Below, one piece after another: positions 26,534-37,394 of a DNA stretch of 64,000 nucleotides. Position 1 is the first letter of the stretch. Each line of letters begins with the position of its first letter. Origin of the DNA: Candidatus Alkanophaga liquidiphilum. GTDB taxonomy: Archaea > Halobacteriota > Syntropharchaeia > Alkanophagales > B39-G2. Made by a program: the position numbers and the translations under genes. The notes beneath the pieces are model-generated. The model ran no database searches. It saw nothing but the letters and a program-made list of their open reading frames with translations, and was not told where the DNA came from. The stretch covers positions 11,308 to 75,307 of the forward strand of contig JAPHEF010000002.1 in NCBI GenBank assembly GCA_029259535.1. Reading direction: 5' to 3'.

Positions 26534-27637
26534 ATGAAACTCGTTGTTATTGGCTGCGGATTTGCAGGAATAGAGGTTGTTGAAGGCGTGAGAAAAGGGA
26601 TGAAGGATGCCGAAATTACGATGATAGATCCCAGAGCGCGGATGCAGAATCAAAGCCTTTTTCCCGAGATCATCTCGGAAAAAGTCACTCCTGACGAGAT
26701 AACTGGTGATTTATCATCATTTGCAAGGAAGCACGATGCGAAGTTCATCAACGAAGCCGCTCTTTCTGTGGATTTCAAGTCTAAAGTTGTGAAGACTGAG
26801 CGTGAAGAGGTACCATATGATTTTCTTGCTATCACGGTGGGCGCTGTACAGTCATATTTCGGTATTCCTGGAGCAGAAGAACACTCATACTCGATAAATA
26901 CACTTGAAGGGGCGCTGGAAGCAAAGGAAGCACTTGAAAGACTTGTAAGTTCTGGTAAAGACAGGATAGCGGTCGTAGGTGCTGGCCTGACGGGTGTCGA
27001 ACTTGTCGGGGAACTTGTAGATAAATACGGTGGTAAACTGAAGATTACGCTCATCGAAGCGCTTTCTAAGGTTCTCCCCGCGTTCTCAGAGGCTAACCCG
27101 AAGGTATGCACGTACATTGAGAGGGTGCTGCGCGAGAAGAGGGTTGACATCATGCTAAATGCGGCTGTTGAGCGAGTGGAAGATGATAAAATCTATTTCA
27201 AAGGTGGAGAACCACTGGATTATGATATGCTGTTCTGGACTGCGGGGATAAGACCTGCACCGCTTCTTGAAACGCTGGACGTTCCGAAAGAACGTGGCTG
27301 GATTAAAGTTGACGAAAACCTCAGGGTCGAAGGTATGAATGATGTCTTTGCAGGGGGTGACTGTGTGTTCACCATGATTGACGGGCGTTGTTCGGGTAAG
27401 AACGCCGAGGAGGCGGAGCGACAGGGGAGGATGATCGCAGAGAATATCGTGCGCTCGGAGAAGGGCAAACCTCTCGCTAAATACAGACCAAAGAATACCC
27501 TCGAGCGCCCGAGGGCTTTCATATCTTACGGTGGTGGTAAGGCGATCGCGACATCGGGCAGGTTTATGATAAAAGGACGGATCGCATACATGCTGAAAAA
27601 GTACGTTGATCTACGCTTCATGAAGCGATTTGAGTGA
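26534..27637 (+). CDS. FAD-dependent pyridine nucleotide-disulfide oxidoreductase (NDH-2 / SQR-like)
   Basis: 367 aa. Two Rossmann dinucleotide motifs (VVIGCGFAGIEV; IAVVGAGLTGVELVGEL). GGDCV motif near the C-terminus. Confidence 0.8.
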   Translation: MKLVVIGCGFAGIEVVEGVRKGMKDAEITMIDPRARMQNQSLFPEIISEKVTPDEITGDLSSFARKHDAKFINEAALSVDFKSKVVKTEREEVPYDFLAITVGAVQSYFGIPGAEEHSYSINTLEGALEAKEALERLVSSGKDRIAVVGAGLTGVELVGELVDKYGGKLKITLIEALSKVLPAFSEANPKVCTYIERVLREKRVDIMLNAAVERVEDDKIYFKGGEPLDYDMLFWTAGIRPAPLLETLDVPKERGWIKVDENLRVEGMNDVFAGGDCVFTMIDGRCSGKNAEEAERQGRMIAENIVRSEKGKPLAKYRPKNTLERPRAFISYGGGKAIATSGRFMIKGRIAYMLKKYVDLRFMKRFE

Positions 27638-28717
27638 GTGTGTACAAAGAGAGGAGACAAATCCTCATGGTCTCTTACAAAACTTTGTCTATTATCTCTC
27701 CTGTGAGGTGCTTTGTGGCACAATTATAACATTGAATATTTCAAGTCCGTTTTTGATTAATGCCAATTATGTTTATTCAAACAATGGAATAAACATTAAT
27801 TCCGTTGAGTAGAATATTTAACATAGCATATTGGAATCTAATTTCATTCACTATGTTATTCCATTTAACAGCACTAACATACTCTCCATATTCTCTTTTA
27901 GCTCTTGAAAATACGGTTTCATCCATCTTTCGCCATATTTGTATTTATCTTTCCATCCTTCATATCCAATCTCTTTCTTTTCCCTTACCATCTTAGCTCT
28001 CGCTGGAGATCCTCTCGCTTTCGTAGAAGAATTCTTCCTCGTTTTTATTATCGGTTCTTTTCCTCTGCTCATAGGAACCATCTGCTATTGCCCTATCTGG
28101 TTTCCTTCCTTTGTTCTTCTCTGCCTTCTCTGCCAATGAAGGCAACATTTTTCCATCCCCTACGCATCTGTTACCTCTATTGATACAACCTCCTTTGTTT
28201 TTACATCCACCTCAATATGAACCTTGATCCATCCCCTCCTCACTTTCCATTTATGACGAATCCATTCTCCTCTATTTGCTACCTTTACTCCAGAACTATC
28301 TACAGCAATAACAAAATCTTCTTTGTCTCAATGTTTTAGGCAAAGGTATTCCGATTTTTATTGCCCTTCTTATTTGACTGAATGATGGCGCTTTTATCTT
28401 TGGGATGTATCTTGATGAGCCTCAAGAAACATTCTATCTGTCTGTCTTATATGAATGCAATCGTGCAATACATGAAAATGGCAAAACTCTCTGGATACTC
28501 ATATGGCCTTCCTCCCTTCCCTTTATTCATCTTTTCGATTTCCTCATTATATTCCTTCCAATTCCTCTTTTCCGGCATCCTATCCCCTCGGGACGCTGCC
28601 AGAAGATATATAGTTTACGGTTTATGCCACAAAGCAGGTTTCGGCGCTGATTTTCTAATTTTCTACATGCTGGTGGCGTATCTGCGGAGGTTGGGCGTTC
28701 GCATTGAAGTGGAGACG

Positions 28718-29065
28718 ATGCCCACGGTCACGTCGGTCGTCGTCACCGGTATCTTTCTGGGAGCGACGCTCGCCGTGCTCCTGCCGTTCGTCCGTTTTGA
28801 GGTCGCAACGTTCTTCGCAGTGTTCATGCTCGGCATTTATGTTGCGCTTTTGAAAAGAGACGTTATTAAGGTAATTTTAGGGATTCTGCTCTCAGCAAAT
28901 GCCTTATATCCGGCGTTAGCGTTACTTGAGCTGCCGTTTTCCATTTATTTGGTGTTTGACGTGACCGAGATTCTGGTGACGCTCGTGATGCTCTGGGTGG
29001 CGCTTTTGATCAAAGAGCGGTATGGAGCGTTAGACGGCTGGAAAGCGAACCTACTGAGGTGGTGA
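28718..29065 (+). CDS. Small membrane subunit of Mrp/Mbh antiporter module (MnhC/NuoK-like)
   Basis: About 116 aa from the internal ATG, with three TM helices. The longer ORF from 28382 starts in a 37%-GC non-coding-looking stretch, so the internal start is preferred. Overlaps the next gene by 7 bp. Confidence 0.5.
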   Translation: MPTVTSVVVTGIFLGATLAVLLPFVRFEVATFFAVFMLGIYVALLKRDVIKVILGILLSANALYPALALLELPFSIYLVFDVTEILVTLVMLWVALLIKERYGALDGWKANLLRW

Positions 29066-30506
29066 AAATGGAGGAGGCAGCATACCTACCATTGGTGTTG
29101 ATCCTGACGCCAGCGGTCGCAGGATGCTTGGCGCCGCTCATCGGCAAGGTCTCCGAAAAGGGCAGGGACGCATTTTCGGTGCTCATGGAAACATTGACGC
29201 TCTTGATTGCTGTTTATGCCGCTTACGTCTGTTTCTCGGGCGTGGCGGGCGGTGTTGGCATCTGGGACTTTGCGCTGGACAGACTCAGTGCGCTCATCGC
29301 GCTGACAGTAACGATTCTCGGCTTCGCTGCAACGCTTTATTCCATTCATTATATCTCAGAAGAACCTCACCTTAACCGGTATTATGCATGCCTGCACTTC
29401 TTCGTCGCCGGGATGCTCGGCATGGTGCTTACGCAGAACGTCGCCTTCATGTATGTCTTCCTTGAGATTATGACGGTCGCTTCTTGCGTGCTCGTCGCCC
29501 ACCGCACCTACAAGGAGGCGGCGGAGGCTGGCTACAAATATATCGTGCTCTGCACCATTGGTGCGCTTTTCGTGCTACTTGGCGTTGCGCTCACTTATCA
29601 GCACTTCGGCACGCTGAGCCTAGTGGCGGTGGAGAAGTGGCGGCTGCTGACGGCGTAGTTCCGATGTTCATCGCTTTGAGCATAATCTTTGGCTTCGGTT
29701 TGAAGGCGGGCATAGTGCCGCTGCACGCTTGGTTGCCGGATGCACACGCCGAGGCGCCGTCCTCGATAAGCTGCCTGCTTTCTGGCGCAATGATACACAC
29801 CGCCGCTTATGCGATGGCGAAGGTTCTTTTCTCGTTATTTGCGGCGGAAGCTTTCGGCATGATCGGATTGTTATTGGTGAGCTTTGGCGTTCTGAGCATG
29901 ATCGTCGGGACGATGCTAGCGCTCGTGCAGACGGACATGAAGCGGCTCCTCGCTTACTCAAGCGTCGACCAAATGGGTTTCATACTGCTGGGCTTCGGCT
30001 TAGGCTCCGTCCTCGGAGCGATAGGTGCGGCTTACCACATCCTCAGCCACTGCCTCGGCAAGGGGTTGTTGTTCCTTTCAGCGGGCGCAGTTATCAAGGC
30101 AACCGGCACTCGCAATTTCAGAGAACTCGGCGGGCTCTCCTCGAAGATGCCTGTCACTGCCGTCGTTTCGATGATCGCAGCGCTGTCACTCTCCGGTGTC
30201 CCGCCATTTTCAGGCTTTATCTCTGAGTTCTTGATTTGTAAAGCAGCGTTCGAGGCTGGGCATCCGATTCTCGTGCTCATCATGCTCATCGTGAGCGTGA
30301 CGACGCTCGCATATCTTTTGAGATTCTTGCACGCGACGTTCTTCGGCGAACCTAACGGAAGAAGCGAGACGGCAAAGGAGGCTCCTGCAAGCATGCTTGT
30401 CCCGATGGTCATACTGGCGGCGCTTTGCATCCTCTTTGGCATTTTCCCGACGCCGGTGATTGAATTTGTTCGTGTGGCATGTGCCACGCTGTTGGGAGGG
30501 GTGTAA
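29059..30506 (+). CDS. Mrp antiporter subunit D / NuoL-M-N-like membrane subunit of energy-converting hydrogenase (MbhH-like); apparent frameshift near 29630-29660
   Basis: Two overlapping ORFs (29059..29658 and 29484..30506) in different frames together give a complete NuoN/MnhD-like protein containing GIVPLHAWLPDAHAEAPS and MKRLLAYSSVDQMGF. The junction is LSLVAV / AAADGVVPMF. Confidence 0.7.
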
Positions 30507-30926
30507 ATGTTCGAGAAGCTCATAAAGCTCAGCCGGAAAAAGTCGCCGTGGGCATTCCATATGAATACAGGCTCATGTAACAACTGTGACATTGAGATCA
30601 TCGCCGCTTTGACGCCGAGGTTCGACGTCGAACGCTTTGGCATCCTGCTTGAAGGTTCGGCGAGGCATGCCGACATTTTACTCGTGACAGGCTTCGTTTC
30701 CAAGCAGAGCGTAAAGCGTCTGAAAAGGGTTTACGAGCAGACGCCGGAGCCAAAGCTCGTGGTCGCTGTCGGAGCCTGTGCGTGCAGCGGTGGCATCTTT
30801 AAAGACAGCTACAACATGGCTGGTCCCGTTGACAAGATAATCCCAGTGGATGTCTATATCGGTGGCTGCCCGCCGAGACCACAAGCGATTATTGATGGAA
30901 TAGTTGCGGCGTTGGAGAAGCTTTGA
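30507..30926 (+). CDS. [NiFe] hydrogenase small subunit, NuoB-like (MbhJ/EchC-type)
   Basis: 139 aa. NuoB-family Cys motifs (GSCNNCDIE, GACACSGG, GGCPPRPQ). Confidence 0.85.
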   Translation: MFEKLIKLSRKKSPWAFHMNTGSCNNCDIEIIAALTPRFDVERFGILLEGSARHADILLVTGFVSKQSVKRLKRVYEQTPEPKLVVAVGACACSGGIFKDSYNMAGPVDKIIPVDVYIGGCPPRPQAIIDGIVAALEKL

Positions 30927-30946
30927 GCTAAGTAGGAGGTATAGAA

Positions 30947-32840
30947 ATGGACGTGATAACCGCAGCAATACTCGCAATTGCAATCCCGTTTGTGTTTGCG
31001 GCAATAGCTCCCGCCCTAAGCAAGGCGAGTCCGAAGCTTCAGGGCTGGCTCGCCACGGTTGGCATCTTGATCTCGGCGGTGCTCGTCGCTTGGATCACGC
31101 CCGCAGTCCTCAGGGCTAAGGGGCCGATAGTTGCGAGCTATGCATGGATACCACAGGCAGGCGTGCATTTCGCTCTTTACCTCGACCCTTTGGGCATTCT
31201 TCTCGCCTTGATTGCCTCGGGCTTCGGCTTCCTCGCCTTGCTCTATTCCGTAGACGACATGGAGCACGAGCACGGGCTTGGTCGCTACTATATGTGGATG
31301 CTGATGTTCATAGGTTCGATGGTCGGGCTCGTGCTCGCTGGCGACCTTCTCCTACTGTTCGTCTTCTGGGAGATGACCTCGCTGACATCTTATGGGCTCA
31401 TAGGCTTCTACAAGGAGAGACGTGAGGACGTGAGTGCTGCACTTAAAGCCTTTGTGCTGACGCACGTCGGCGGCATCTTTCTGTTATTCGGCATCTTCAT
31501 CGCGTATTTGAACACTGGAACTTTCCTGTTTTCGGACATTGCGGCGAAAGGCTTTCCTGTTGGCAAAGAATTCTGGGCAGGCGTCGCCATTGCTTCGTTC
31601 CTCATTGGCGCAATCGCAAAATCCGTGCAGTTTCCAATGCACAACTGGCTGCCGAGCGCTACCGTTGCACCTTCTGCCGTCACGGCGTTGCTTCATGCGG
31701 CGGCGATGGTCAAAGCTGGCGTCTATCTCGTTGCAAGAATGTATACGTTGTTTCCAGAGTTCATGGCAGCATCATGGCATCTCGTGGTCGTGCTTATAGG
31801 CGCTGTGACGATGGTAGTAGGCGTGATGAACGCCCTCGTGCAAACCGGACCTGAAGCGGCTTTTGGCATACCACACGATAAGCCAGATTGGCTACATGAT
31901 AACGGCGCTCGGCTTGGGCACGACGCTCGGCATCGCCGCCGGGCTTTTCCACTGTCTAAATCACGCAGTCTTCAAGGGCTGTCTATTTTTGTGCGCTGGC
32001 GCTCTAATTTACGCAACAGGCTCCAGAAGCCTCGACGACTACGGTGGGCTTGCAAAGAACATGCCGGTGACCGCATTCGCCCTCATCGTGGCAGCAGCTT
32101 CCATTTCGGGCATTCCGCCGTTTAACGGCTTCGTGAGCAAGTGGTTGATCTACAGCGCGGCGATAGATGCTGGTTACGCATGGGCGGCAGTCGTCGCAAT
32201 GTTCGTGAGCGCAATGACGCTCGCTTCTTTCGTGAAGGTTGTTCACTCAGCGCTCTTCGGACCACAGCCAAAGCGGCTTAAAGACGTAAAGGAAGTGCCG
32301 CCGACCATGCAGGCTACGCTCATAGTTTTGGCACTGGCGTGCATAATTTTCGGAATTGTGCCGAAGCTCCCGCTAATGATAATAGGGTCTGCAGCAGCAG
32401 CTCTCGTCCCCGGAGGTATAACGGCTACGTATTTCGGCGTTATCACCGAAATCGGGATTTGGGTGCCAACGGTGGCAACGCTCCTCATAATGGTAGGCAT
32501 GGTCGTGGGCGTGCTGCTGTATTACGCCGGCATGAGAGCTGCGCCGGAGAAGCCATCCGCCGAGAAGAAGCTTCCTTTCATCGGCGGTGAGGACATAGAC
32601 CCAGACGAGATGATTTTCTCGTCACACCACATGTTCACCGCCGTTAAGTCTTCGCTGAAGCCGTTCTACGGATTTGCGGGGCGTGGCGGCATGGACTTTG
32701 TGGACTACGGCTTTGCGGGTGTTATAGAAAGAGCATGCGATGCCTTTAGAAAGACACACACCGGCACTTTGCGCATGTATGTGCTCTGGTGTTTGATAAC
32801 GCTTGTAGTGTTAGCGTCGGTGCTGTTATGGTGGTCGTGA
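30947..32840 (+). CDS. Second Mrp-D/NuoL-M-N-like membrane subunit; apparent +1 frameshift at about 31845
   Basis: ORFs 30947..32125 and 31863..32840 in different frames. Frame 1 ends ...MNALVQT, and frame 2 continues the conserved (K)PDLKRLLAYHTISQIGYM motif. The DNA reads GTGCAAACCGGACCTGAAG where ACCGACCTG is expected, i.e. an extra G. Confidence 0.7.
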
Positions 32841-33304
32841 TGGCGGAAGACGTTGTTAAAAGGACTGCGGAGGAGATAAAGGAGCGGCTGAAGGGACATT
32901 TCATAGAATACGAGCTGAAGCCGTTTGCTAAGGGGAAATGTGTCTTCATGAGGATAAGAAAGGAAGGGATAAGGGAAGCTGCTGAGATACTATCTAACGA
33001 GTTTAGTGCGAAATTGAATACGGTTTCGGCGGTGGAGCATGCCTCCTTTTTCGAGATAATCTATCATTTTTCGCTGTGTGAGCGTGGCGTTCTCGTGAAT
33101 CTGCGGGTAGAGATAGCAAAGGATGAAAGTATGGACTCGATAACGCCGCTAATTCCGGGGGCGAGCTTCATAGAGCGGGAGATTCATGACCTCTTTGGCG
33201 TGCGTTTCGAAGGGCACCCAGACCCCAGGAGGCTCATACTGCCGGATGATTGGCCTGAGGGGGTATGTCCGCTGAGGAAGAGCTATAAGTTAGAAAGGAG
33301 GTGA
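32840..33304 (+). CDS. NuoC-like 30-kDa subunit of group-4 hydrogenase (MbhK/EchD-type)
   Basis: Start at ATGA overlapping the upstream stop. NuoC family signature (ERE..D.FG..F.GHP). Confidence 0.75.
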   Translation: MAEDVVKRTAEEIKERLKGHFIEYELKPFAKGKCVFMRIRKEGIREAAEILSNEFSAKLNTVSAVEHASFFEIIYHFSLCERGVLVNLRVEIAKDESMDSITPLIPGASFIEREIHDLFGVRFEGHPDPRRLILPDDWPEGVCPLRKSYKLERR

Positions 33305-33308
33305 GAGC

Positions 33309-34440
33309 GTGCCGAGATTTGCGACAGTTCCGATCGGACCTTATCACCCGGCATTAAAAGAGCAGGAGCTTTTCAAGTTAAAAGTGGACGGCGAAACCGT
33401 TGTGGATGTGGACATAAGGATAGGATATAACCATAGGGGCATCGAAAAGCTCTCAGAAAGCATGACTTATCATCAGATAACGTTTCTCGTGGAGAGGATT
33501 TGTGGGATTTGCTCTAACATTCATCCTTTGTGTTACGTGCAAGCAGCAGAAGCTATCGCGGGCATCGAGCCGCCCGAACGTGCTTTATACATAAGGACGG
33601 TCATCGAAGAGCTGGAGCGAATACACAGCCACCTCCTCTGGCTGGGCATTGGCGCTCATATTATCGGCTTCGACACGCTTTTCATGTGGGTCTGGAAAAT
33701 CAGAGAGCCCGTTCTCGATATCTTTGAGATGGTTTGCGGAAACAGGCAGACGTATGCAATGATGAAAATCGGTGGCGTTCGCAGGGACATAAAGGAGGAG
33801 CACAGGCCAATGATTTTGAAAATTATGGATGAGACGGAACGTGCTGTGAAGAACATAATAGACATGGTGCTGGAAGACCCAGTGGCGAGGGCGCGGCTCG
33901 AAGATGTAGGCGTGCTCACAAAAGAAGATGCTCGTAGGTATTGCACTGTAGGTCCAACGGCAAGAGGCTCTGGATTGAAGATTGACGTGAGGAAAGACCA
34001 TCCACATGCCGCATACGACCTCGTAGATTTCAAAGTTCCGGTGATGACCGAGGGCGATGTGTTCGCAAAGACCGTCGTGCGGCTCGAGGAGGTTTTAGAG
34101 GCAGTAAGCATAGTCAAGCAGGCGTTAGATGTGATGCCGCATGGAGAAATTGCGACGGAGTTCAAAGAGATGCCGCCGGGTAAGGGCGTCGGGATGGCGG
34201 AGGCGCCCCGTGGCGAGGACATACATTACGTGAAGTCGAACGGCACGAACATGCCAAAACGCCACAAGATAAGGGCGCCGTCATACGTGAATATCCCATC
34301 GCTGAAGCCGCAGCTCATCGGCTATGAGGGGTCGCCGACGCCCCGATAATAATAGCGGCGATCGACCCGTGTTTCAGCTGCACCGACCGCATCACCATCG
34401 TCGACCCGAGCGGCGGGAAGCCGAAAACGCTAAGCTGGGA
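33309..34440 (+). CDS. [NiFe] hydrogenase large subunit, NuoD-like (MbhL/EchE-type); apparent -1 frameshift at about 34325
   Basis: N-terminal Ni-binding RICGICS. The ORF stops at ...LIGYEGSPTPR*, but the next frame encodes VADAPIIIAAIDPCFSCTDR, the canonical C-terminal DPCxxCxxR Ni-ligand motif. The DNA reads GAGGGGTCGCC where GAGGGGGTCGCC is expected, i.e. a missing G. Confidence 0.75.
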
Positions 34441-34485
34441 CGCTCTCGTTTACCTCTCTCGGAAAAAATCAAGGAGGTGCGTGCG

Positions 34486-35427
34486 TTGAACGCTGGAGTA
34501 GTGTTACTGAATCTTTTAGTATATCCGGGCTTCATATTCACCGCAGTCGTAGGTTTGTTGTTCCTCTGGCTGGTGAGGAAGCTGTTGGCGAGGTTCCAGT
34601 GGCGGGTCGGTCCGCCAATATATCAAACGTTTGCGGATGTCATCAAGTTGCTGTCTAAGGAGAGTGTAGTCCCAGAGAGTGCAAATAAATTTATGTTTGT
34701 TACGGCGCCGGTGCTGGCGCTAGCAGCGGTCACGCTCGCAATGCTGCTGATTCCCGTCGGCGCAAAGAATCCGGCTCTCGGCTTCCTCGGCGACGTTATA
34801 GTTTTAATTTACTTACTGACGATTCCAAGCGTTGCGATCATAATCGGCGGGTCGTCGTCGGCAAACCCGTTCGGGGCGATCGGCGCATCGAGGGAAATAA
34901 GCTTAACGATTGCATACGAGCTTGGTTTGGTGCTTTCCGTCCTGACGTTGTGCGTTGATGTCAACTCCCTGCTCATGGAGAGCGTCACGGGCTTCAACTT
35001 CCTGAGGTATCCGCTTGCCGCCGTCGCCCTTTTCATCTGCGTCGTTGCAAAGCTTGGGATTACGCCCTTCGACATTCCAGAAGCGAAGACTGAAATCATG
35101 GCAGGTCCTTACACCGAGTATTCAGGAAGGCTTCTTGGGATTTTCAAGCTGACGCATGCGATGCTGCTGTTTGCGCTGAGTAGTCTTTTTGTCTCGCTGT
35201 TCTTCGCAGGACCGTTCACCGGGAACTACGTGGTAGACGTGCTCGTGCATCTCGTGAAATGCGTGCTCGTGGTCGTCGTCATCGCCGTGGTTGCGGCTGC
35301 GAACCCGAGGCTGCGAATCGACCAAGCCTTGAGGTTCTTCTGGGGATTTGTGTTCGTGCTGGCGCTTATTGATTTTATGAGGGCGTTAATTCCGGTGCTG
35401 GGGTGGTGGCATGAAGCTGCCTTATAA
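34486..35427 (+). CDS. NuoH-like membrane subunit (MbhM/EchB; formate hydrogenlyase subunit 4 family)
   Basis: TTG start preceded by AAGGAGGTG RBS. LNAGVVLLNLLVYPGFIFTAVVGLLFLWLVRKLLARFQWRVGPP is a typical NuoH/EchB N-terminus. About 8 TM helices. Confidence 0.75.
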   Translation: MNAGVVLLNLLVYPGFIFTAVVGLLFLWLVRKLLARFQWRVGPPIYQTFADVIKLLSKESVVPESANKFMFVTAPVLALAAVTLAMLLIPVGAKNPALGFLGDVIVLIYLLTIPSVAIIIGGSSSANPFGAIGASREISLTIAYELGLVLSVLTLCVDVNSLLMESVTGFNFLRYPLAAVALFICVVAKLGITPFDIPEAKTEIMAGPYTEYSGRLLGIFKLTHAMLLFALSSLFVSLFFAGPFTGNYVVDVLVHLVKCVLVVVVIAVVAAANPRLRIDQALRFFWGFVFVLALIDFMRALIPVLGWWHEAAL

Positions 35428-36022
35428 AATACGGGAGTTTGCTGAAGCCGTAAGGTCGAGTTTGAGTAGCCCTTACACCGTTCGTTATCCCTTTGAGCCG
35501 TCGCCGGCGCCTGAGGGCTTTAGGGGCAAGCCGCAGTTCGACGAGGCGAAGTGCATGGGCTGCGGCGCCTGCGTCGAAGGCTGCCCGACGGGCGCTCTCA
35601 CTCTGACAGATGAGGGTAACGTCAGAATCATAGAGCTTTTCTACGGACGCTGCATCATGTGCGGGCAATGTGTTGAAAGATGTCCGGTCGAAGCGATAAA
35701 GCTGACGACAGAATACAGCATTGTTTATACTGCAAAGGAAGAAGCGCTGACGTCAATCCGGCGGACGCTGGTGTGTTGTGAGATTTGTGGCACGCCGATA
35801 ACCACGTTGGAACACCTAAAATGGATAACAGAGAAACTTGGGGAATTAGCGTTGAGCAACTCGACGCTCGTGGCGGTTATGCAGGATTTAGCCTTGGGTA
35901 AGACGCCGACGAGGGCGCCGAAGGCGAAGGAAATCGACAGGAGCGACATCATCCGCGTGCTCTGCCATAAGTGCCGGCGGAGAGCCATGGCTGTGGACCA
36001 CGGCTGGAGAGCCAAATATTAG
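35411..36022 (+). CDS. NuoI-like 2x[4Fe-4S] ferredoxin subunit (MbhN/EchF-type)
   Basis: 203 aa with CMGCGACVEGCP and CIMCGQCVERCP motifs. Overlaps the upstream gene by 17 bp. Confidence 0.8.
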   Translation: MKLPYKIREFAEAVRSSLSSPYTVRYPFEPSPAPEGFRGKPQFDEAKCMGCGACVEGCPTGALTLTDEGNVRIIELFYGRCIMCGQCVERCPVEAIKLTTEYSIVYTAKEEALTSIRRTLVCCEICGTPITTLEHLKWITEKLGELALSNSTLVAVMQDLALGKTPTRAPKAKEIDRSDIIRVLCHKCRRRAMAVDHGWRAKY

Positions 36023-36080
36023 TTGCTAACGCTGCTACACGACTTAGTTGTGATAAAAGCCTTCCCTCCCTATTTTTAAT

Positions 36081-36743
36081 TTATATGCTTCCCAAATTCG
36101 CCTCTCCCTTCCACAACTCGATTTGTTCACAACTCAGAGCGAGGAGCCTCAGCTCAAACCTAAAGCTTTGCTCGTCGTATTCAAAAACGCCGTCCGCAAC
36201 GATTTTCTCCCCTTCGTCCAGCGTTTCGGTCACGCTGGCGTTTGCCATGACTCTCAGCTCGGCTCCACCGCCTTCCAAGTAGAACACATTCGTGTAGAGC
36301 CTTGAGACTGTGCCGACAACACGCACTCGCTCGCCGACGTATTTCTGCGGCAACGCCGCCAGCTGCGGCACGAATACAACTTCGCTCGAATTCAGCAGTT
36401 CTACGCGGTCTGCGGACGTTAAAATTTCGTGTTCGCCCTCGTAGAGCCTGACGACGCCTACGACGCTCACCTCAGAGCCGTAGCCTATATCAAGCCCCTC
36501 GCCGCCCCTCACGAAGACATCAACGGAAGAGCCGTTGCGCCGCAGCGTCAGCACGCAAGAACCCCCGCTCACGATACGGACATCGGAAACAACTCCCTCA
36601 ACATCCACGTATTTACCCTCATAATTCGGTATTTCCTCTATTCCTACTTTCACGGGGGCGACGAGCGTCGAAATCCAGTAAAGAAAAATTATTCCTACAA
36701 CGGAAAATGCGACGACAAGCTTACTGATTGCGGAGGGGTTCAT
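36081..36743 (-). CDS. Membrane-anchored protein with two OB-fold-like domains
   Basis: Preferred start is MNPSAISKLVVAFSVVGIIFLYWIST (TM anchor). The sequence has repeated beta-rich G/V modules (VDVEGVVSDVRIVSGG...; VRVVGTVSRLY...). The upstream part of the long ORF is low-complexity. Confidence 0.45.
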   Translation of the reverse strand: MNPSAISKLVVAFSVVGIIFLYWISTLVAPVKVGIEEIPNYEGKYVDVEGVVSDVRIVSGGSCVLTLRRNGSSVDVFVRGGEGLDIGYGSEVSVVGVVRLYEGEHEILTSADRVELLNSSEVVFVPQLAALPQKYVGERVRVVGTVSRLYTNVFYLEGGGAELRVMANASVTETLDEGEKIVADGVFEYDEQSFRFELRLLALSCEQIELWKGEANLGSI

Positions 36744-36795
36744 ACTGAAATCTCTTTCCGAAAACTTCTTAAAATGTCTCGTCTCATGAATTTCG

Positions 36796-37023
36796 ATGCC
36801 GCGGTATTTAGTAGAGGGAGAGTTCCGGGCAAGCAAGAAATGGCAGAAGTTCCGTAAGGAGGTGGAAAGCCTTAGTGAGAAGCTTGCTATCGAGAAAGTC
36901 CTTTCGATAATGGGGAGCAAGCACCGCCTCAAGCGAAATATGATACGAATAAAAAGCGTCGTTCAGCAAGGGAGCGACGGCGAGGCAACAAGCTCCATGA
37001 GTATGGCATCCTCGTCTTCGTAG
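36796..37023 (+). CDS. Hypothetical small basic protein
   Basis: 75 aa (MPRYLVEGEFRASKKWQKFRKEVESLSEKLAIEKVLSIMGSKHRLKRNMIRIKSV...). The low-complexity C-terminus overlaps the rimI 3' end by about 60 bp, so this could be spurious. Confidence 0.25.
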   Translation: MPRYLVEGEFRASKKWQKFRKEVESLSEKLAIEKVLSIMGSKHRLKRNMIRIKSVVQQGSDGEATSSMSMASSSS

Positions 37024-37394
37024 TATCTCGGCGCCCTCCCGACACGCCTGAACCCCAATTTTTCGTAGAACCTCTGCGCACCTATGTTGCTCTCTCGCAC
37101 TTCCACGAACGCCCTTCCTCCCGAGGATCTCAGCACCGCCCTCACAAGGCTCGTGCCTATGCCACGGCGGCGATGCTCCCTCGCTACTGCTATCGAAATT
37201 ATGTGCCCATCGTCGTCGAAAAGGACATAGCCCCGAACCTCGCCGCTCTCGTCGTCTTCGTAAACTAAAAAGTTGTCGGGGATTGTTTTTGCATAATATA
37301 GAAACGTGTATCTGCTGTAAGCCGATTTTGGGAATGCGTCTCGCTCTATTTCAAGGATTCTCGGCAAGTCTTCCCTTCGAAACCTCCTAATCAT
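36963..37394 (-). CDS. rimI: GNAT-family ribosomal-protein-alanine N-acetyltransferase (RimI-like)
   Basis: 143 aa. GNAT motif A (REHRRRGIGTSLV) and acetyl-CoA-binding region. Overlaps the downstream M20 gene by 8 bp. Confidence 0.8.
   Translation of the reverse strand: MIRRFRREDLPRILEIERDAFPKSAYSRYTFLYYAKTIPDNFLVYEDDESGEVRGYVLFDDDGHIISIAVAREHRRRGIGTSLVRAVLRSSGGRAFVEVRESNIGAQRFYEKLGFRRVGRAPRYYEDEDAILMELVASPSLPC

Noticed and set aside
29086-29375. Short ORFs overlapping the first MrpD-like gene on either strand
   Set aside because: They fall inside a conserved membrane-subunit coding region with no independent support.
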